64,000 bases of DNA from Abditibacteriaceae bacterium (GTDB lineage: Bacteria; Armatimonadota; Abditibacteriia; Abditibacteriales; Abditibacteriaceae). Below the pieces are notes generated by a model that searched no databases, was not told where the DNA came from, and was given only the letters and a program-made list of their open reading frames with translations. The first letter of the stretch is position 1; the number at the start of each line of letters is the position of its first letter. The stretch is taken from positions 640,001 to 704,000 of the forward strand of contig OZ255721.1 of the NCBI GenBank assembly GCA_965277285.1, written 5' to 3'. Position numbers and translations under genes: made by a program. Shown here in pieces: positions 48,285 to 58,047 of the stretch.

Positions 48285-48863
48285 TCAATCGAGTACTCGA
48301 ACCGCAATCGCGCCGCATTTGGCGCACACAGCCGCCGGTGTCGTAAAGGTTGCTACAACGCCGCATTTGCCGCAGCGCGATTCCCATTGCGCTTTGCGGC
48401 GCGGTTTATGAGCAGGCATCTTCGATGTCGTGTTGGCGGCGCGCGCCAGTCGCTGCACGATGTCGTCGTCCGGCGTCATTAATTGGCGCAATTTTTCGCG
48501 CTGTTGCGCCGTTTTGCGCGCCTTTTTCTCGACTGTTGGAATCGGCGCCACGACTTTGCGTTCTTTGCGCGGGCCACTATATTTATCGGCGAAATCTGCT
48601 GGCACGCGCGAACGCTTGGCCTTGGGTAATGAAGCTGTAATCGCGTCACTCCTGGCTGGAGTCGGGGCAGGTTTCGCGGCTGACGATGAGTGGCGGACAG
48701 GTTTTTGTGCTGCGTCTACTTTCGCCACAACCTTCGGCTCGGGCGCGATTTCCTTTTTAGCGCGCGTCGGCTTGACTAACGAAGAAGACGTTTTGGCGAG
48801 CGTTGTGCGGCTGGTTTTTGATGTGAGAGGCGACGCGGGCAGAGAACGGGAAGAAGCGGACAT
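48285..48863 (-). CDS. Basic K/R/A/P/S-rich protein with C-terminal zinc ribbon
   Basis: CGKCG ... CAKCG at the C-terminus; low-complexity basic N-terminus. Confidence 0.7.
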   Translation of the reverse strand: MSASSRSLPASPLTSKTSRTTLAKTSSSLVKPTRAKKEIAPEPKVVAKVDAAQKPVRHSSSAAKPAPTPARSDAITASLPKAKRSRVPADFADKYSGPRKERKVVAPIPTVEKKARKTAQQREKLRQLMTPDDDIVQRLARAANTTSKMPAHKPRRKAQWESRCGKCGVVATFTTPAAVCAKCGAIAVRVLD

Positions 48864-48961
48864 ATCGAGTACTCACTTAAGGAGATGGGTTCATTGATGC
48901 GAGTGAAAGCAATGGGATTGTAGCGCAGAAAATGGTATTTATCAAGGGGATAAAGCAGAAA

Positions 48962-49654
48962 ATGCCGGCTGAAAGTTATTGTTATCTCGCAATTTTTGCG
49001 CGCGCGCCTGAAGTTGGAAAGGTCAAGACGCGCTTGGCGAAAACGTTGGGTGACGAAGCCGCCGTCGAACTTTACGGCGCGATGTTAGGTGATGTTTTAA
49101 CGGGCGCACAAAATGTGGCATCTCAAATGAACAACACGCAAGTCGTGGTTTTCTATACGCCGGAAGACGCTTTTGCTCGTGCAGAAAACTCGCTGCGACT
49201 TTTCTGGAATGGCGCGAATTTTCCGCAAAGCGACGGCGATTTGGGCGAAAAGTTGTTCGGTTGCTTCGATCAGTTGCGTAAAAGCGGCGCTCGAAAAATT
49301 GTCGTCATTGGCTCGGATGCGCCCGATTTGCCCATGCGTTTTTTGGTGCAAGCGTTTGCGGAATTGGAATCGCACGATTTGATTTTTGGCCCGGCGCAGG
49401 ACGGCGGATTTTATTTGATGGGCGCATCGTGCGAAGTTCCTCATCAAATGTTTAATGGCGTGCACTGGAGCAATTTGCGTACTCTCAACGACGTTTTGAA
49501 AAACGTTAAAAGTGCATCGGTGAAAATTCTGCCGATGTGGCGCGATGTGGACGACGAAGACGATTTTCGAGCTTTACGCGAACGCTTGAAAACTGGCGCA
49601 AGCGCCGCGCCACAAACGTATCGAGTACTCGAACGTTTGTTCAATGAGAAATAA
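48962..49654 (+). CDS. DUF2064 / TIGR04282-like glycosyltransferase-fold protein
   Basis: FARAP..GKVKTRLA, Q..GDLG, IGSDAP.L, GPA.DGGFYL.G, DVD...D. Confidence 0.88.
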   Translation: MPAESYCYLAIFARAPEVGKVKTRLAKTLGDEAAVELYGAMLGDVLTGAQNVASQMNNTQVVVFYTPEDAFARAENSLRLFWNGANFPQSDGDLGEKLFGCFDQLRKSGARKIVVIGSDAPDLPMRFLVQAFAELESHDLIFGPAQDGGFYLMGASCEVPHQMFNGVHWSNLRTLNDVLKNVKSASVKILPMWRDVDDEDDFRALRERLKTGASAAPQTYRVLERLFNEK

Positions 49655-49687
49655 AAAGGGAAACGCAAACTTCTGCGTTTCCTTTTG
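49653..49687. terminator. Bidirectional terminator
   Basis: A-tract, GGAAACGCA-AACTTC-TGCGTTTCC, T-tract between convergent genes. Confidence 0.7.
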
Positions 49688-49703
49688 TTCTTTTCGCAAC
49701 ATC

Positions 49704-50453
49704 TTACTGCGGAATATTGGGAATTGGCGGATACAGGTTCGCGTTGTTGTTGAAGGTGTTGGCTCCACCGCCGAAGAAATCGTTATAAACGATGGCGAGA
49801 GCGACGATGGAGATCGGCCACGTCACGAGAAGTCCGACGCCGCACAGCAAGGCGCCAACCAGGTTGACGATGCCGAGAGCAAAGGAAAAAAGAAACGCGC
49901 TTCCCCAATGCGGTTTAAGGGCATTCCAACTCCGCTTGAAACCATCTACGGCGCCTACGCGCTGATCGGCAACGATGATTGGAACAAAAAGTAACAGCGG
50001 CGCCATGTATATACCCGGTAGAATGCACAGCAAAAATCCAAGACCTACGGCAAGCGGAACCAAAATGCCGCTACCCAGCAATGCTGGCAAAACATCGGTG
50101 GCGCTGAAAATGTCACCCGGACTGGCGGTTTGTCCGCGCAATTCTTTCAGCGCCATGCGATACAAGCCGCCCATCAACAAGCTACTAACGGCAAAAGAAA
50201 GAAGAGACAACATCAAGCTGACGGCAGGCGAACCGCCGGTTGTGCCTTGGGCTGTGCGATGCGGCTCCACCATGTTTTGCAGGACGACGATGACGCCAGT
50301 GATAGCGAGGTAGATCAAAGCCGCGACGATCCACGTCACCAAATTCTTCTGCACGATGCCCCACGCTTGGTTGATGGCATCCAGCCGCAGCCCGCTGGGA
50401 CTGCCTCCACTGAAGCCGGGACTTCCTCCGCTGTAACCTGACGACATTGACAT
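49704..50453 (-). CDS. Integral membrane protein
   Basis: Multiple TM segments; GFLLCILPG, GALLCGVGLLVT.P; ATG after AAGGAG. Confidence 0.8.
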   Translation of the reverse strand: MSMSSGYSGGSPGFSGGSPSGLRLDAINQAWGIVQKNLVTWIVAALIYLAITGVIVVLQNMVEPHRTAQGTTGGSPAVSLMLSLLSFAVSSLLMGGLYRMALKELRGQTASPGDIFSATDVLPALLGSGILVPLAVGLGFLLCILPGIYMAPLLLFVPIIVADQRVGAVDGFKRSWNALKPHWGSAFLFSFALGIVNLVGALLCGVGLLVTWPISIVALAIVYNDFFGGGANTFNNNANLYPPIPNIPQ

Positions 50454-50615
50454 ACGTTCTCCTTTTTTGTACTGCAATGAATTGAACGACGTCCAGCTTT
50501 GCGATGTTGTATACGTCACAGCTCATCCGCGCACGATTATAACACGTCCTCAAGCGCAACGGTTTAATCGAAATTTAAAATGTTGTGGCCTTCAAAGTCA
50601 AACTGGCAACGGCCA

Positions 50616-51026
50616 TCAACCCGCCAATCGCACTATCCAGACAACTATTACCAGCAGCGAAACCGGCCAGAAAATCTTGCGGCTCGAAGGGAAAACAAAC
50701 GTTGTCAACGAAATATGAAATCGCCAACGCTTCGCCGCCCATTGAACCATTGTTCGAGTACTCGATAAAGCCAAGAATGCGAACAAAAGCGGCCCCAACA
50801 AATGATAATGCCACGCCGCGTTCCATTGCCCGTGCGCGCAACACGACAAAGAACGCGTCAGGCCGCAAAACGGGCAGGGCAAACCCGTCAAATGCAGAAA
50901 AGGGCAAAACGATGGCAAACCCGCAATGCGATTGTTCTGCGGCAACGGCAAAACAAACGTTGTCGCTAACGCGCACAAAGCAAGAGGAAACGTTTTGGAA
51001 GTTGAAATCGAAGAAGCCGCGCGCAT
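50616..51026 (-). CDS. DUF2752 family membrane protein
   Basis: CPF..LTGLPCPFCGLTRS.....HG....A. Confidence 0.88.
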   Translation of the reverse strand: MRAASSISTSKTFPLALCALATTFVLPLPQNNRIAGLPSFCPFLHLTGLPCPFCGLTRSLSCCAHGQWNAAWHYHLLGPLLFAFLALSSTRTMVQWAAKRWRFHISLTTFVFPSSRKIFWPVSLLVIVVWIVRLAG

Positions 51027-51362
51027 GATTTTGGTGGAAAGAAAACGTTGCAACGGCTCAATCGCCGCCTTATAATATCGGGAGAACGCGCGCCGCGACT
51101 TTGGCGCGCTCTTCGCTGGAGCCGATGAATGCAGTTTACCTTCTGAACGTTTCGCCCTTCGCTCGTTCGTCTGCGATTTCCGCGCGTCGGATTTTTGTTC
51201 GTCAAATTGCGGTCGCAACTTTCCTTGTAATCTTCTCCTTTGTCATTTTTATGTCCACCGTTTCCGCTTCTTCGCGCGGGAACGGTTTTGTTTTGCCCGA
51301 ACCTTGTGGCTGCGTCCGTCGTGGCGCAGCAAATTGGCGCAGTTTTTACGCCTTGTTTCCTT

Positions 51363-52244
51363 ATGAACACATTCAGTACTCGTCGCACGCAGGAGGTGAT
51401 TTCGAGCCGCAATCATCCTCTGATCAAAAAGATTCGCGGCTTGCATTTGCGTTCTGAACGCGAGCGCAGCGGATTATTTTACATCGAAGGCGTGCGCTTC
51501 ATCGCGCAAACTTTGGCGCAGAAAGTCGCAGTTGACACCTTGATTTACGCGCCGTCGTTGTTGACGAACTCGGTTGGCGTCAGATTAGTCCGCGAACAAA
51601 AACGCGCGGGCGGTCGCTGTCTCGAAGTAACGCCCGAAGTGTTGCATTCGATTTCGCTGAACGACGATCCACAAGGCATCGGTGCGATTGTGCCGCAACG
51701 TTGGACAAAGCTGGAAAACATCGAACCGTCGCGCGATTTGTGCTGGATCGCGCTGGAAACCGTGCAATCGGCGGGTAATCTGGGAACGATTGTTCGCACC
51801 AGCGAAGCCGTCAGCGGCGCGGGAATCATTCTCATCGGCGACAACGCGGATGTTTATGATCCGGCAACGGTGCGCGCCAGCATGGGCGCAATGTTTTCGC
51901 AACGCTTCGTCCGCACTTCGATGAGCGAATTTCTAACATGGAAAGCGCAACAGGGCTGCTTGCTGGTTGGAACTTCACCGTCGGCTAAAACCGTGTATCA
52001 CGAAGTTGAGTTGCGCGCGCCTTTGGTTTTGTTCATGGGCTGGGAACGCAAAGGTTTGTCTGTCGAGCAACAAAACGCGTGCGACATCATGGTGAAATTG
52101 CCGATGATTGGCAAAAGCGATTCGCTCAATTTGGCGGTGGCGACCGGCGTGATGCTGTATGAAGTGCTGCGCCAAAGCCAGGTGCGCCAAAGCCAGGTGC
52201 GACAAAACGCAATGCAACGAATCGAGTACTCGAATCGTGTATGA
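51363..52244 (+). CDS. TrmH/SpoU-family RNA 2'-O-methyltransferase
   Basis: ISS.NHP.IK, EG.R, GNLGTIVRT, VRASMG, G.ERKGLS, LPM.G..DSLNLAVA. Confidence 0.92.
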   Translation: MNTFSTRRTQEVISSRNHPLIKKIRGLHLRSERERSGLFYIEGVRFIAQTLAQKVAVDTLIYAPSLLTNSVGVRLVREQKRAGGRCLEVTPEVLHSISLNDDPQGIGAIVPQRWTKLENIEPSRDLCWIALETVQSAGNLGTIVRTSEAVSGAGIILIGDNADVYDPATVRASMGAMFSQRFVRTSMSEFLTWKAQQGCLLVGTSPSAKTVYHEVELRAPLVLFMGWERKGLSVEQQNACDIMVKLPMIGKSDSLNLAVATGVMLYEVLRQSQVRQSQVRQNAMQRIEYSNRV

Positions 52245-52284
52245 TTGACGTGTAAGATTGAACAAAAGAAAAGGAAATTTGCGG

Positions 52285-52309
52285 TGAACATTCGGGATGA
52301 AAGTGCGTC
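52285..52309 (+). promoter_or_regulatory. Putative ECF-sigma promoter TGAAC-N16-CGTC
   Basis: TGAAC ATTCGGGATGAAAGTG CGTC upstream of the ECF sigma gene; matches the general AAC/CGT ECF consensus. Confidence 0.5.
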
Positions 52310-52360
52310 GTGAGGAAGGACAAGTACACGACGCACAATTTCCTGCAATGAGGTGCCGCG

Positions 52361-52990
52361 ATGGTTGCGATGGCCTATCCGAGATCAATATCCAGCCGTG
52401 AAGCCGCCGACGAAGACGCGATCCTTATCGAACGCGCTCTCGATGGCGAGTTGCCCGCGTTCGAGTCGCTCGTTTCGCGTTATCAAACGCGCATCGTGGC
52501 GTATTCGGCGCGTATGCTGAACGATCACGACGAAGCCGAAGACGTGGCGCAGGAAACCTTCATCAAAGCGTATCGTTCGCTCGATTCGTTTCGTGGTGCG
52601 AGTTCCTTTTCGACGTGGCTTTATCGCATTGCGACCAACCTTTGCATCGACCGCGCGCGCGCCAAAAAGCGCCGCCCGCAGCAAGCTTATTCGCTGGATG
52701 AGCCGTTCGACAAAGAAGACAATTCCGGCACGCGCGAGATTGCCGATCTTTCCGCAGAACCTTCGCGCGGCGTCGAACGCGATGAACTGCGCCGTCAAGT
52801 GCGTTTGACGGTCGCTGAGATGCCGGAAAAACTGCGCGCCGTTCTCGTCATGTGCGATATTCAGGGCATGGCGTATGAACAAATCGCACAGACATTGGAT
52901 TGCCCGATCGGAACTGTCAAAAGCCGTTTGTTCCATGCGCGCGCCGATCTCGCCCGCCGCTTGCGTCCTTATATGCACGGCGTGAAGTAA
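52361..52990 (+). CDS. ECF RNA polymerase sigma factor (RpoE/SigW-like)
   Basis: AF..LV.RYQ, AEDVAQETFIKAY, FSTWLYRIATN, YEQIA..L.CPIGTVKSRL.HAR. Confidence 0.95.
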   Translation: MVAMAYPRSISSREAADEDAILIERALDGELPAFESLVSRYQTRIVAYSARMLNDHDEAEDVAQETFIKAYRSLDSFRGASSFSTWLYRIATNLCIDRARAKKRRPQQAYSLDEPFDKEDNSGTREIADLSAEPSRGVERDELRRQVRLTVAEMPEKLRAVLVMCDIQGMAYEQIAQTLDCPIGTVKSRLFHARADLARRLRPYMHGVK

Positions 52991-53046
52991 GAATTGAGAC
53001 ATCGAGTACCCGAAAGTGACGCACGTTCCCCAGGATCGTGAGAATT

Positions 53047-53622
53047 ATGAAAAAAGTGACAAAAGATGAATTGATGGATTGGATGGACGGCACGCTGAGC
53101 GCAACGCGTCGCGCCGAAGTGGACGCGCATTTGAGCGCCAACGCCGAAGACGCGCAACTCGTCGCCGACATGAAAGAAGCGCTGGGAATGTTGCACGAAT
53201 GGAACGCGGCGGAAAGTGTGACAGTCAGCGACAATTTCTGGCCGCAATTGCGCGACAAACTGCCGGAAAAACCGGGCAGCGGCTGGCACGGACAAGTATC
53301 GCGCTTGGGCAACTGGTTGATGCCACGCCGCGAATGGAAAGTGCGCGCTGGTGTCGCGGTGTTCGCGGTTTGTGCGGCCCTGGCGACTTTGTTTTTTGCG
53401 CCGAAGAATGCGACGCACACGGTTCAAGCGCAGACTTATACGCTTTCGGCAGACGAGCAGCAGTTCGTTCGCCAGTCGCTGATGCAACATCGCACTTACG
53501 CGGCGGTGCAGCCACTGAATACGGCGCCGGTCGCACAAACCGATGGCCGCAATCAGGACGGCGACGGCAACGATGACAGCGGTGATGGCGGCAACAGCAG
53601 CGGCGAATACGTTCCGCAATAA
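53047..53622 (+). CDS. Anti-sigma factor (single TM)
   Basis: L..W.DG.LS......V.AHL anti-sigma-domain-like N-terminus without ZAS cysteines; one TM; directly follows the ECF gene. Confidence 0.8.
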   Translation: MKKVTKDELMDWMDGTLSATRRAEVDAHLSANAEDAQLVADMKEALGMLHEWNAAESVTVSDNFWPQLRDKLPEKPGSGWHGQVSRLGNWLMPRREWKVRAGVAVFAVCAALATLFFAPKNATHTVQAQTYTLSADEQQFVRQSLMQHRTYAAVQPLNTAPVAQTDGRNQDGDGNDDSGDGGNSSGEYVPQ

Positions 53623-53640
53623 ACGTTTTTGAACCACAAT

Positions 53641-53678
53641 AACGGCGAACTGATTCCATCGGTTCGCCGCTGTTTTTG
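53641..53678 (+). terminator. Intrinsic terminator
   Basis: CGGCGAACTGA-TTCCA-TCGGTTCGCCG followed by a T-tract. Confidence 0.6.
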
Positions 53679-53727
53679 TTGAAGATGCTGCAAAATTAAC
53701 AACTTTTAGAAAGTTGGAAACAAAGTT

Positions 53728-54711
53728 ATGCGAATCGAGTACTCGAATTGGTCTTTTTTGCGCGCGCAACATCAATTGAAGTCGCGTCGTTTGAATCGCG
53801 CGTTGATACTGTCAGCGCTATCGTTGGCGCCGTTGATGGGCGCGCATTTGGTTCATGCGCAGGCCGATGCGCAAGCTGCCAAATTGTTGAATCAAATGGC
53901 GAACGCTGAGCGTGCCGCCACTTATTCGGCGACCGAAACAATTGCGCGCGGCGATTCGACGGTGCGCGTGCGAATTTGGCGTTTGGGGAAGAAAAGGCGT
54001 TTGGAATACTTGGAACCGGCGATCAATCGCGGCGATGTTCTGGTGGACGACGGGCAAAATACATGGCTTTATCATCGCGCAGAGAACGCGGCGATTCAAA
54101 CGCGCAGCCAGAACGACCGTTTGGGCGTTGGCACGTTGCGTCGTTTCGCGCGCGTCACAGGAGAAAGCCGCGTTGATGGCCGCTCCGTCTCTGTGGTGGA
54201 TATTCCACGTTCCGCCAACGGCAACGTGGCGCGCCGCATCTGGATCGACCGCGCGACGAAGTTGCGCCTGCAAGTGCAGTTTTTCGGTGCGCAAAATCAA
54301 TCGACAGGCCGCATCACAATCAGCGATTTGAAAGTGGGCGGCGTGGACGAATCACGTTTTCGCTGGCAGCCGCCTGCGGGCGCGCAGATCGTGCGCACCA
54401 ATGGCGCTTTGTTCTCGCAGTTCGCGCCCGCGAAACAAGCCGCTCCATGGTTGCAACGCCCGTATTTTGTACCTGCTGGTTTTCGCTTTGAAAGCGCTGT
54501 AGTGGACAGCGGCGAGGAAAAAGCGTGGTTGCGTTATGCCAGTCCGTCGCAACGTTTTTCGATTTTTCAGCAGCGCGCGACCAGTGCCAGCGGCAATGTC
54601 GAGCCGCAAAAAGTGGATGGCGGCTGGTATCGCGTCAATAACGGCAGCCGCTTGCTCATTGCGGGCGCGCCGGAAGAATTCGCGCAACGTATTTTGCAAA
54701 GCGTGCGCTGA
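53728..54711 (+). CDS. RseB/MucB-like periplasmic sigma-E regulatory protein
   Basis: Signal peptide; LL.QM..A.....Y, R.EY..P, VDDG...W.Y, R.WID..T.L.L LolA-like pattern; third gene of the ECF cluster; start uncertain. Confidence 0.78.
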   Translation: MRIEYSNWSFLRAQHQLKSRRLNRALILSALSLAPLMGAHLVHAQADAQAAKLLNQMANAERAATYSATETIARGDSTVRVRIWRLGKKRRLEYLEPAINRGDVLVDDGQNTWLYHRAENAAIQTRSQNDRLGVGTLRRFARVTGESRVDGRSVSVVDIPRSANGNVARRIWIDRATKLRLQVQFFGAQNQSTGRITISDLKVGGVDESRFRWQPPAGAQIVRTNGALFSQFAPAKQAAPWLQRPYFVPAGFRFESAVVDSGEEKAWLRYASPSQRFSIFQQRATSASGNVEPQKVDGGWYRVNNGSRLLIAGAPEEFAQRILQSVR

Positions 54712-54730
54712 TTTTTAATATCGAGTACTC

Positions 54731-54766
54731 GAAAAGCCTTTCGCAGCTATTTGCGAAAGGCTTTTC
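54731..54766. terminator. Bidirectional terminator
   Basis: GAAAAGCCTTTCGCA-GCTATT-TGCGAAAGGCTTTTC. Confidence 0.75.
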
Positions 54767-54773
54767 GTCGTTT

Positions 54774-54846
54774 AACGAACCCGAAGCGTCAGCGCGGGGC
54801 TGACGTTACAATTACTTCAGCCCCGCGCTTACGCTCGGGGTTCGTT
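54774..54846. repeat. REP doublet, ACGAACCC family (copy 3)
   Basis: AACGAACCCGAAGCGTCAGCGCGGGGCTGA ... TCAGCCCCGCGCTTACGCTCGGGGTTCGTT. Confidence 0.85.
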
Positions 54847-54849
54847 GGT

Positions 54850-55602
54850 TTACTCGAAAGTCTTTGTTGCCGCTTGCAATTTCTGCAACGCGCGCGGCGA
54901 AATCGGCGCTTGGTTGTTGATGTTCCAGCGGTTGATTTTATCAGCGACGGTCGACATCGGGCGCATAAACTTGACGTGACCATCCATGAAAAGATAGTTT
55001 GATGTTCCCAAATGTCCCGCGTACAGAATGTTCGTCCAGTTTTCATCGCCGTCGTCTTTGTCCCACGGCACGCCGATTTGTTGCGCTTCTGCGCTGTCGC
55101 CGTTCTTCTCAAAAGCCAGAATCGTCGTACCTGGCGAGTCAAAAACTGACAGTTCTCGCGGCTTGCTACTACGAAGTGGGCCGCCGATGATGGTATCGTA
55201 ACCGAGCGGCAATCCGTCAATAGCGAGCGTGTCGCTTTGCGAAGCAGGATTTTCGCGGCACAGCCACAACTCCGGACTTTTCGTATAAGGCTGAAGCAAG
55301 CTACGCCACGATTGCACTTTCCCAGTCCACTGCTTGCCCGATGTCAGCGGTGGAAAATGATCGTCGTTTTCTTGCATGTATTGCTGCATGGCCCAACCGA
55401 TTTGCTTCAAGTTGCTGGAGCAGGAAGCGCGGCGCGCTGAGGAACGCGAGCCACAGCCACAGGATGAGAAAAATATCTCGAATAGTACACAAAGAGCAAA
55501 CATGCCGAGAAAAGCTTTCATCAGCCATAACGAAATTATTCTCGATTGTTTCGGCTGTTGCGTCGTCGCGTTTTTACCTTCGGAAACATTCATTTGGTTC
55601 AC
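54850..55602 (-). CDS. DUF1559-like / H-X9-DG-CTERM domain protein lacking the prepilin N-terminal motif
   Basis: ARRASCSSNLKQIG.A..QY.Q..D, W...L.PY.KS, HLGTSNYLFMDGHVK. Confidence 0.85.
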   Translation of the reverse strand: MNQMNVSEGKNATTQQPKQSRIISLWLMKAFLGMFALCVLFEIFFSSCGCGSRSSARRASCSSNLKQIGWAMQQYMQENDDHFPPLTSGKQWTGKVQSWRSLLQPYTKSPELWLCRENPASQSDTLAIDGLPLGYDTIIGGPLRSSKPRELSVFDSPGTTILAFEKNGDSAEAQQIGVPWDKDDGDENWTNILYAGHLGTSNYLFMDGHVKFMRPMSTVADKINRWNINNQAPISPRALQKLQAATKTFE

Positions 55603-55736
55603 CTCGAGCTGCTTATTTTACATCTTTTGGTTTTGTCATTCATTGGATTTATGCTTGTGATAAAATGCACGGGCAGTGAAAGTGACGCGAATCGAGTACT
55701 CGATTGATGGAATGAAATGCGTGGGAGAACGAGCAA

Positions 55737-56981
55737 ATGCGAGAATTGGCATGGTGGAAAATGAGTGTCGGCTGCACGCTGGCGGCGATTAGTCTGGCCG
55801 GTTGCAAAGCGCCGGACGCGACGAGCAACGCAACAAACGGTGTGACAGCGACAAATACGACGGATAATGCGACAGATAGTAGCGCGACAACGACGAAAAT
55901 CGGCGCGGCGCAGCCTTATACGGGCGATGATATTTTGCTCGGCGAATACTCTTCGATGACCGGCACGACCGCGACTTACGGCAAAAGCACGCACACCGGC
56001 GTAATGATGGCGGTGGACGAAGCGAATGCGGCGGGCGGCGTTTTGGGCAAGAAAATCCGCGTGCAATTGGAAGATGACGGCAGCAAGCCCGAACAGGCGG
56101 CGACGGCTGTCACCAAACTCATCAACTCGGACAACGTGTTGATGGTGATCGGCGAAGTCGCATCGTCGCGTTCGCTGGCTGCGGCGCCGATTTGCCAGGC
56201 GGCGGGCGTGCCGATGATGTCGCCCGCTTCGACCAACCCGAAAGTGACGCAGGTCGGTGATTATATTTTCCGCGCCTGCTACATCGATCCGGTTCAAGGT
56301 CCGATCATCGCGCGCTTGGCCAGCCAGGATGAAAAAGCTAAAACTGCGGCGATTTTGAAAGACATCAAGAACGCGTACAGCGTTGGTTTGGCGGACACCA
56401 TCAAAGCCGAGTTCCTGAAAAATGGCGGTCAAATCGTGGCCGAAGAATCGTTTGGCGAAGGCGATAAAGATTTTCGCGCGCAACTGACGACCATCAAAAG
56501 CGCCAATCCAGATGTCGTTTTCGTGCCCGCCTATTACAACGAAGTCGCTCTTATCGCGCGCCAGATGCGTTCTCTGGGCATGAAACAGCCGATTTTGGGC
56601 GGCGATGGCATCGAATCGCCCAAGCTGATCGACATCGGACGCGAAGCCGTTAACGGCACGATGTTTACGACGCACTTTTCGTCCTCAAGCAAAGACCCGT
56701 TAGCCGTCAAATTCGTGCAAGGTTACAAGCAGCGCTACGGCGTGATTCCCGATGGTTTAACCGCTGTCGGCTACGATGCGGCGCGCCTTGTCATTGACGC
56801 AATTAAGCGCGCGGGCAGTACGGATCGCGCTAAAATCCGCGATGCACTGGCGACGACGAAAGATTTTCCAGGCGTTTCCGGCAAAATCACGCTCAACGCT
56901 GACCGCAATGCCGTCAAGCCGCTGGCCGTGATGAAAGTCGAAAACCAGAAATACGTTTACGTCAAAACCGTCAACCCATAA
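55737..56981 (+). CDS. Branched-chain amino acid ABC transporter substrate-binding lipoprotein (LivJ/LivK family)
   Basis: Lipobox LAGC; S.TG..A.YG, GG.LGKKI, SP.STNP.VT, YDAA. Confidence 0.92.
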   Translation: MRELAWWKMSVGCTLAAISLAGCKAPDATSNATNGVTATNTTDNATDSSATTTKIGAAQPYTGDDILLGEYSSMTGTTATYGKSTHTGVMMAVDEANAAGGVLGKKIRVQLEDDGSKPEQAATAVTKLINSDNVLMVIGEVASSRSLAAAPICQAAGVPMMSPASTNPKVTQVGDYIFRACYIDPVQGPIIARLASQDEKAKTAAILKDIKNAYSVGLADTIKAEFLKNGGQIVAEESFGEGDKDFRAQLTTIKSANPDVVFVPAYYNEVALIARQMRSLGMKQPILGGDGIESPKLIDIGREAVNGTMFTTHFSSSSKDPLAVKFVQGYKQRYGVIPDGLTAVGYDAARLVIDAIKRAGSTDRAKIRDALATTKDFPGVSGKITLNADRNAVKPLAVMKVENQKYVYVKTVNP

Positions 56982-57006
56982 ATCGAGTACTCGATTGCAC
57001 TTCTCG

Positions 57007-57084
57007 TTAACGAACCCTGAGTGTGAGCGATGGGTCTTCTGCGGCTCGGTGGAAGATCCGTCGCTGACGCTCAAGGTTCGTTAA
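57007..57084. repeat. REP doublet, ACGAACCC family (copy 4)
   Basis: TTAACGAACCCTGAGTGTGAGCGATGGGTCTT ... AAGATCCGTCGCTGACGCTCAAGGTTCGTTAA. Confidence 0.82.
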
Positions 57085-57107
57085 TTCGCTACTCCCGTTT
57101 TCCTTTC

Positions 57108-58040
57108 ATGGAACATTTGCATCAGATTTTCAATGCGCAGCAATTCTTCAACGCCTTGACGCTGGGCGCGATTTACGCTCTCATCGCGTTGGGCTACACG
57201 ATGGTTTATGGCGTTTTGCGATTGATAAATTTCGCGCACGGCGACATTTATATGTTCGGCGCGTTCGGCGGTTTTTTCGCGGCGGGCGCGCTCGGCGTCA
57301 CGCACCGTTTGGACGCCGGACAAGCGATTGGCGTGGGCGCGATTGTCGCTGTTTTCCTGATAGCGATGCTGGCCAGCGCCGCTGCGGGAACGCTCATCGA
57401 ACGTTTCGCGTATCGTCCTTTGCGCTCGTCGCCGCGCCTGACGACATTGATTACCGCGATTGGCGTTTCAATGCTGCTGGAATACGGCGGACAAGCAATT
57501 TCTCCCGATCCTCAAACTTTTCCCGCTCTGATTGCTGACAAACCCCTGATCAATACGCCCACATTCACGCTGTCGTCGGTTCAAGTCACCATTGTGATTG
57601 TCTCGTTTGTGCTGATGATTTTGCTGCAATGGATCGTGTCGCGCACGCGCATGGGACGCGCCATGCGCGCCGTTTCACAAGATCGCGCGGCGGCTTCTTT
57701 GATGGGCATCAACACCGATGTCGTAATCGCTTTTACCTTTGCTCTTGGTTCGGCTTTGGCGGCAGCGGCGGGCATTTTGAACTCGGTTTACAACCCAAGC
57801 ATTGATCCTTTGATGGGTTTGATTGTCGGCCTGAAAGCGTTTGTGGCGGCGGTTTTGGGCGGCATCGGCAGCATTCCGGGCGCGGTTTTGGGCGGCTTGC
57901 TGATGGGATTCGCGGAAACGGCGGTCATCGCAGGCGGCAAATCCGATTACAAAGATGCCATCGCCTTCGCTATTTTGATTTTGGTTTTATTGTTCCGTCC
58001 CGCCGGTTTGCTGGGACGCAGCACGCCCGAGAAAGTGTGA
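57108..58040 (+). CDS. livH: Branched-chain amino acid ABC transporter permease
   Basis: LG.IYALIALGYTMVYG.L.LINFAHG, G.AMRAVSQD, LKAFVAAVLGGIGSIPGA. Confidence 0.93.
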   Translation: MEHLHQIFNAQQFFNALTLGAIYALIALGYTMVYGVLRLINFAHGDIYMFGAFGGFFAAGALGVTHRLDAGQAIGVGAIVAVFLIAMLASAAAGTLIERFAYRPLRSSPRLTTLITAIGVSMLLEYGGQAISPDPQTFPALIADKPLINTPTFTLSSVQVTIVIVSFVLMILLQWIVSRTRMGRAMRAVSQDRAAASLMGINTDVVIAFTFALGSALAAAAGILNSVYNPSIDPLMGLIVGLKAFVAAVLGGIGSIPGAVLGGLLMGFAETAVIAGGKSDYKDAIAFAILILVLLFRPAGLLGRSTPEKV

Positions 58041-58047
58041 CGCTTTT

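Noticed and set aside
50575..50976. Alternative-frame ORF suggesting a frameshift in the DUF2752 gene
   Set aside because: The 50616-51026 frame already encodes a complete DUF2752 protein.
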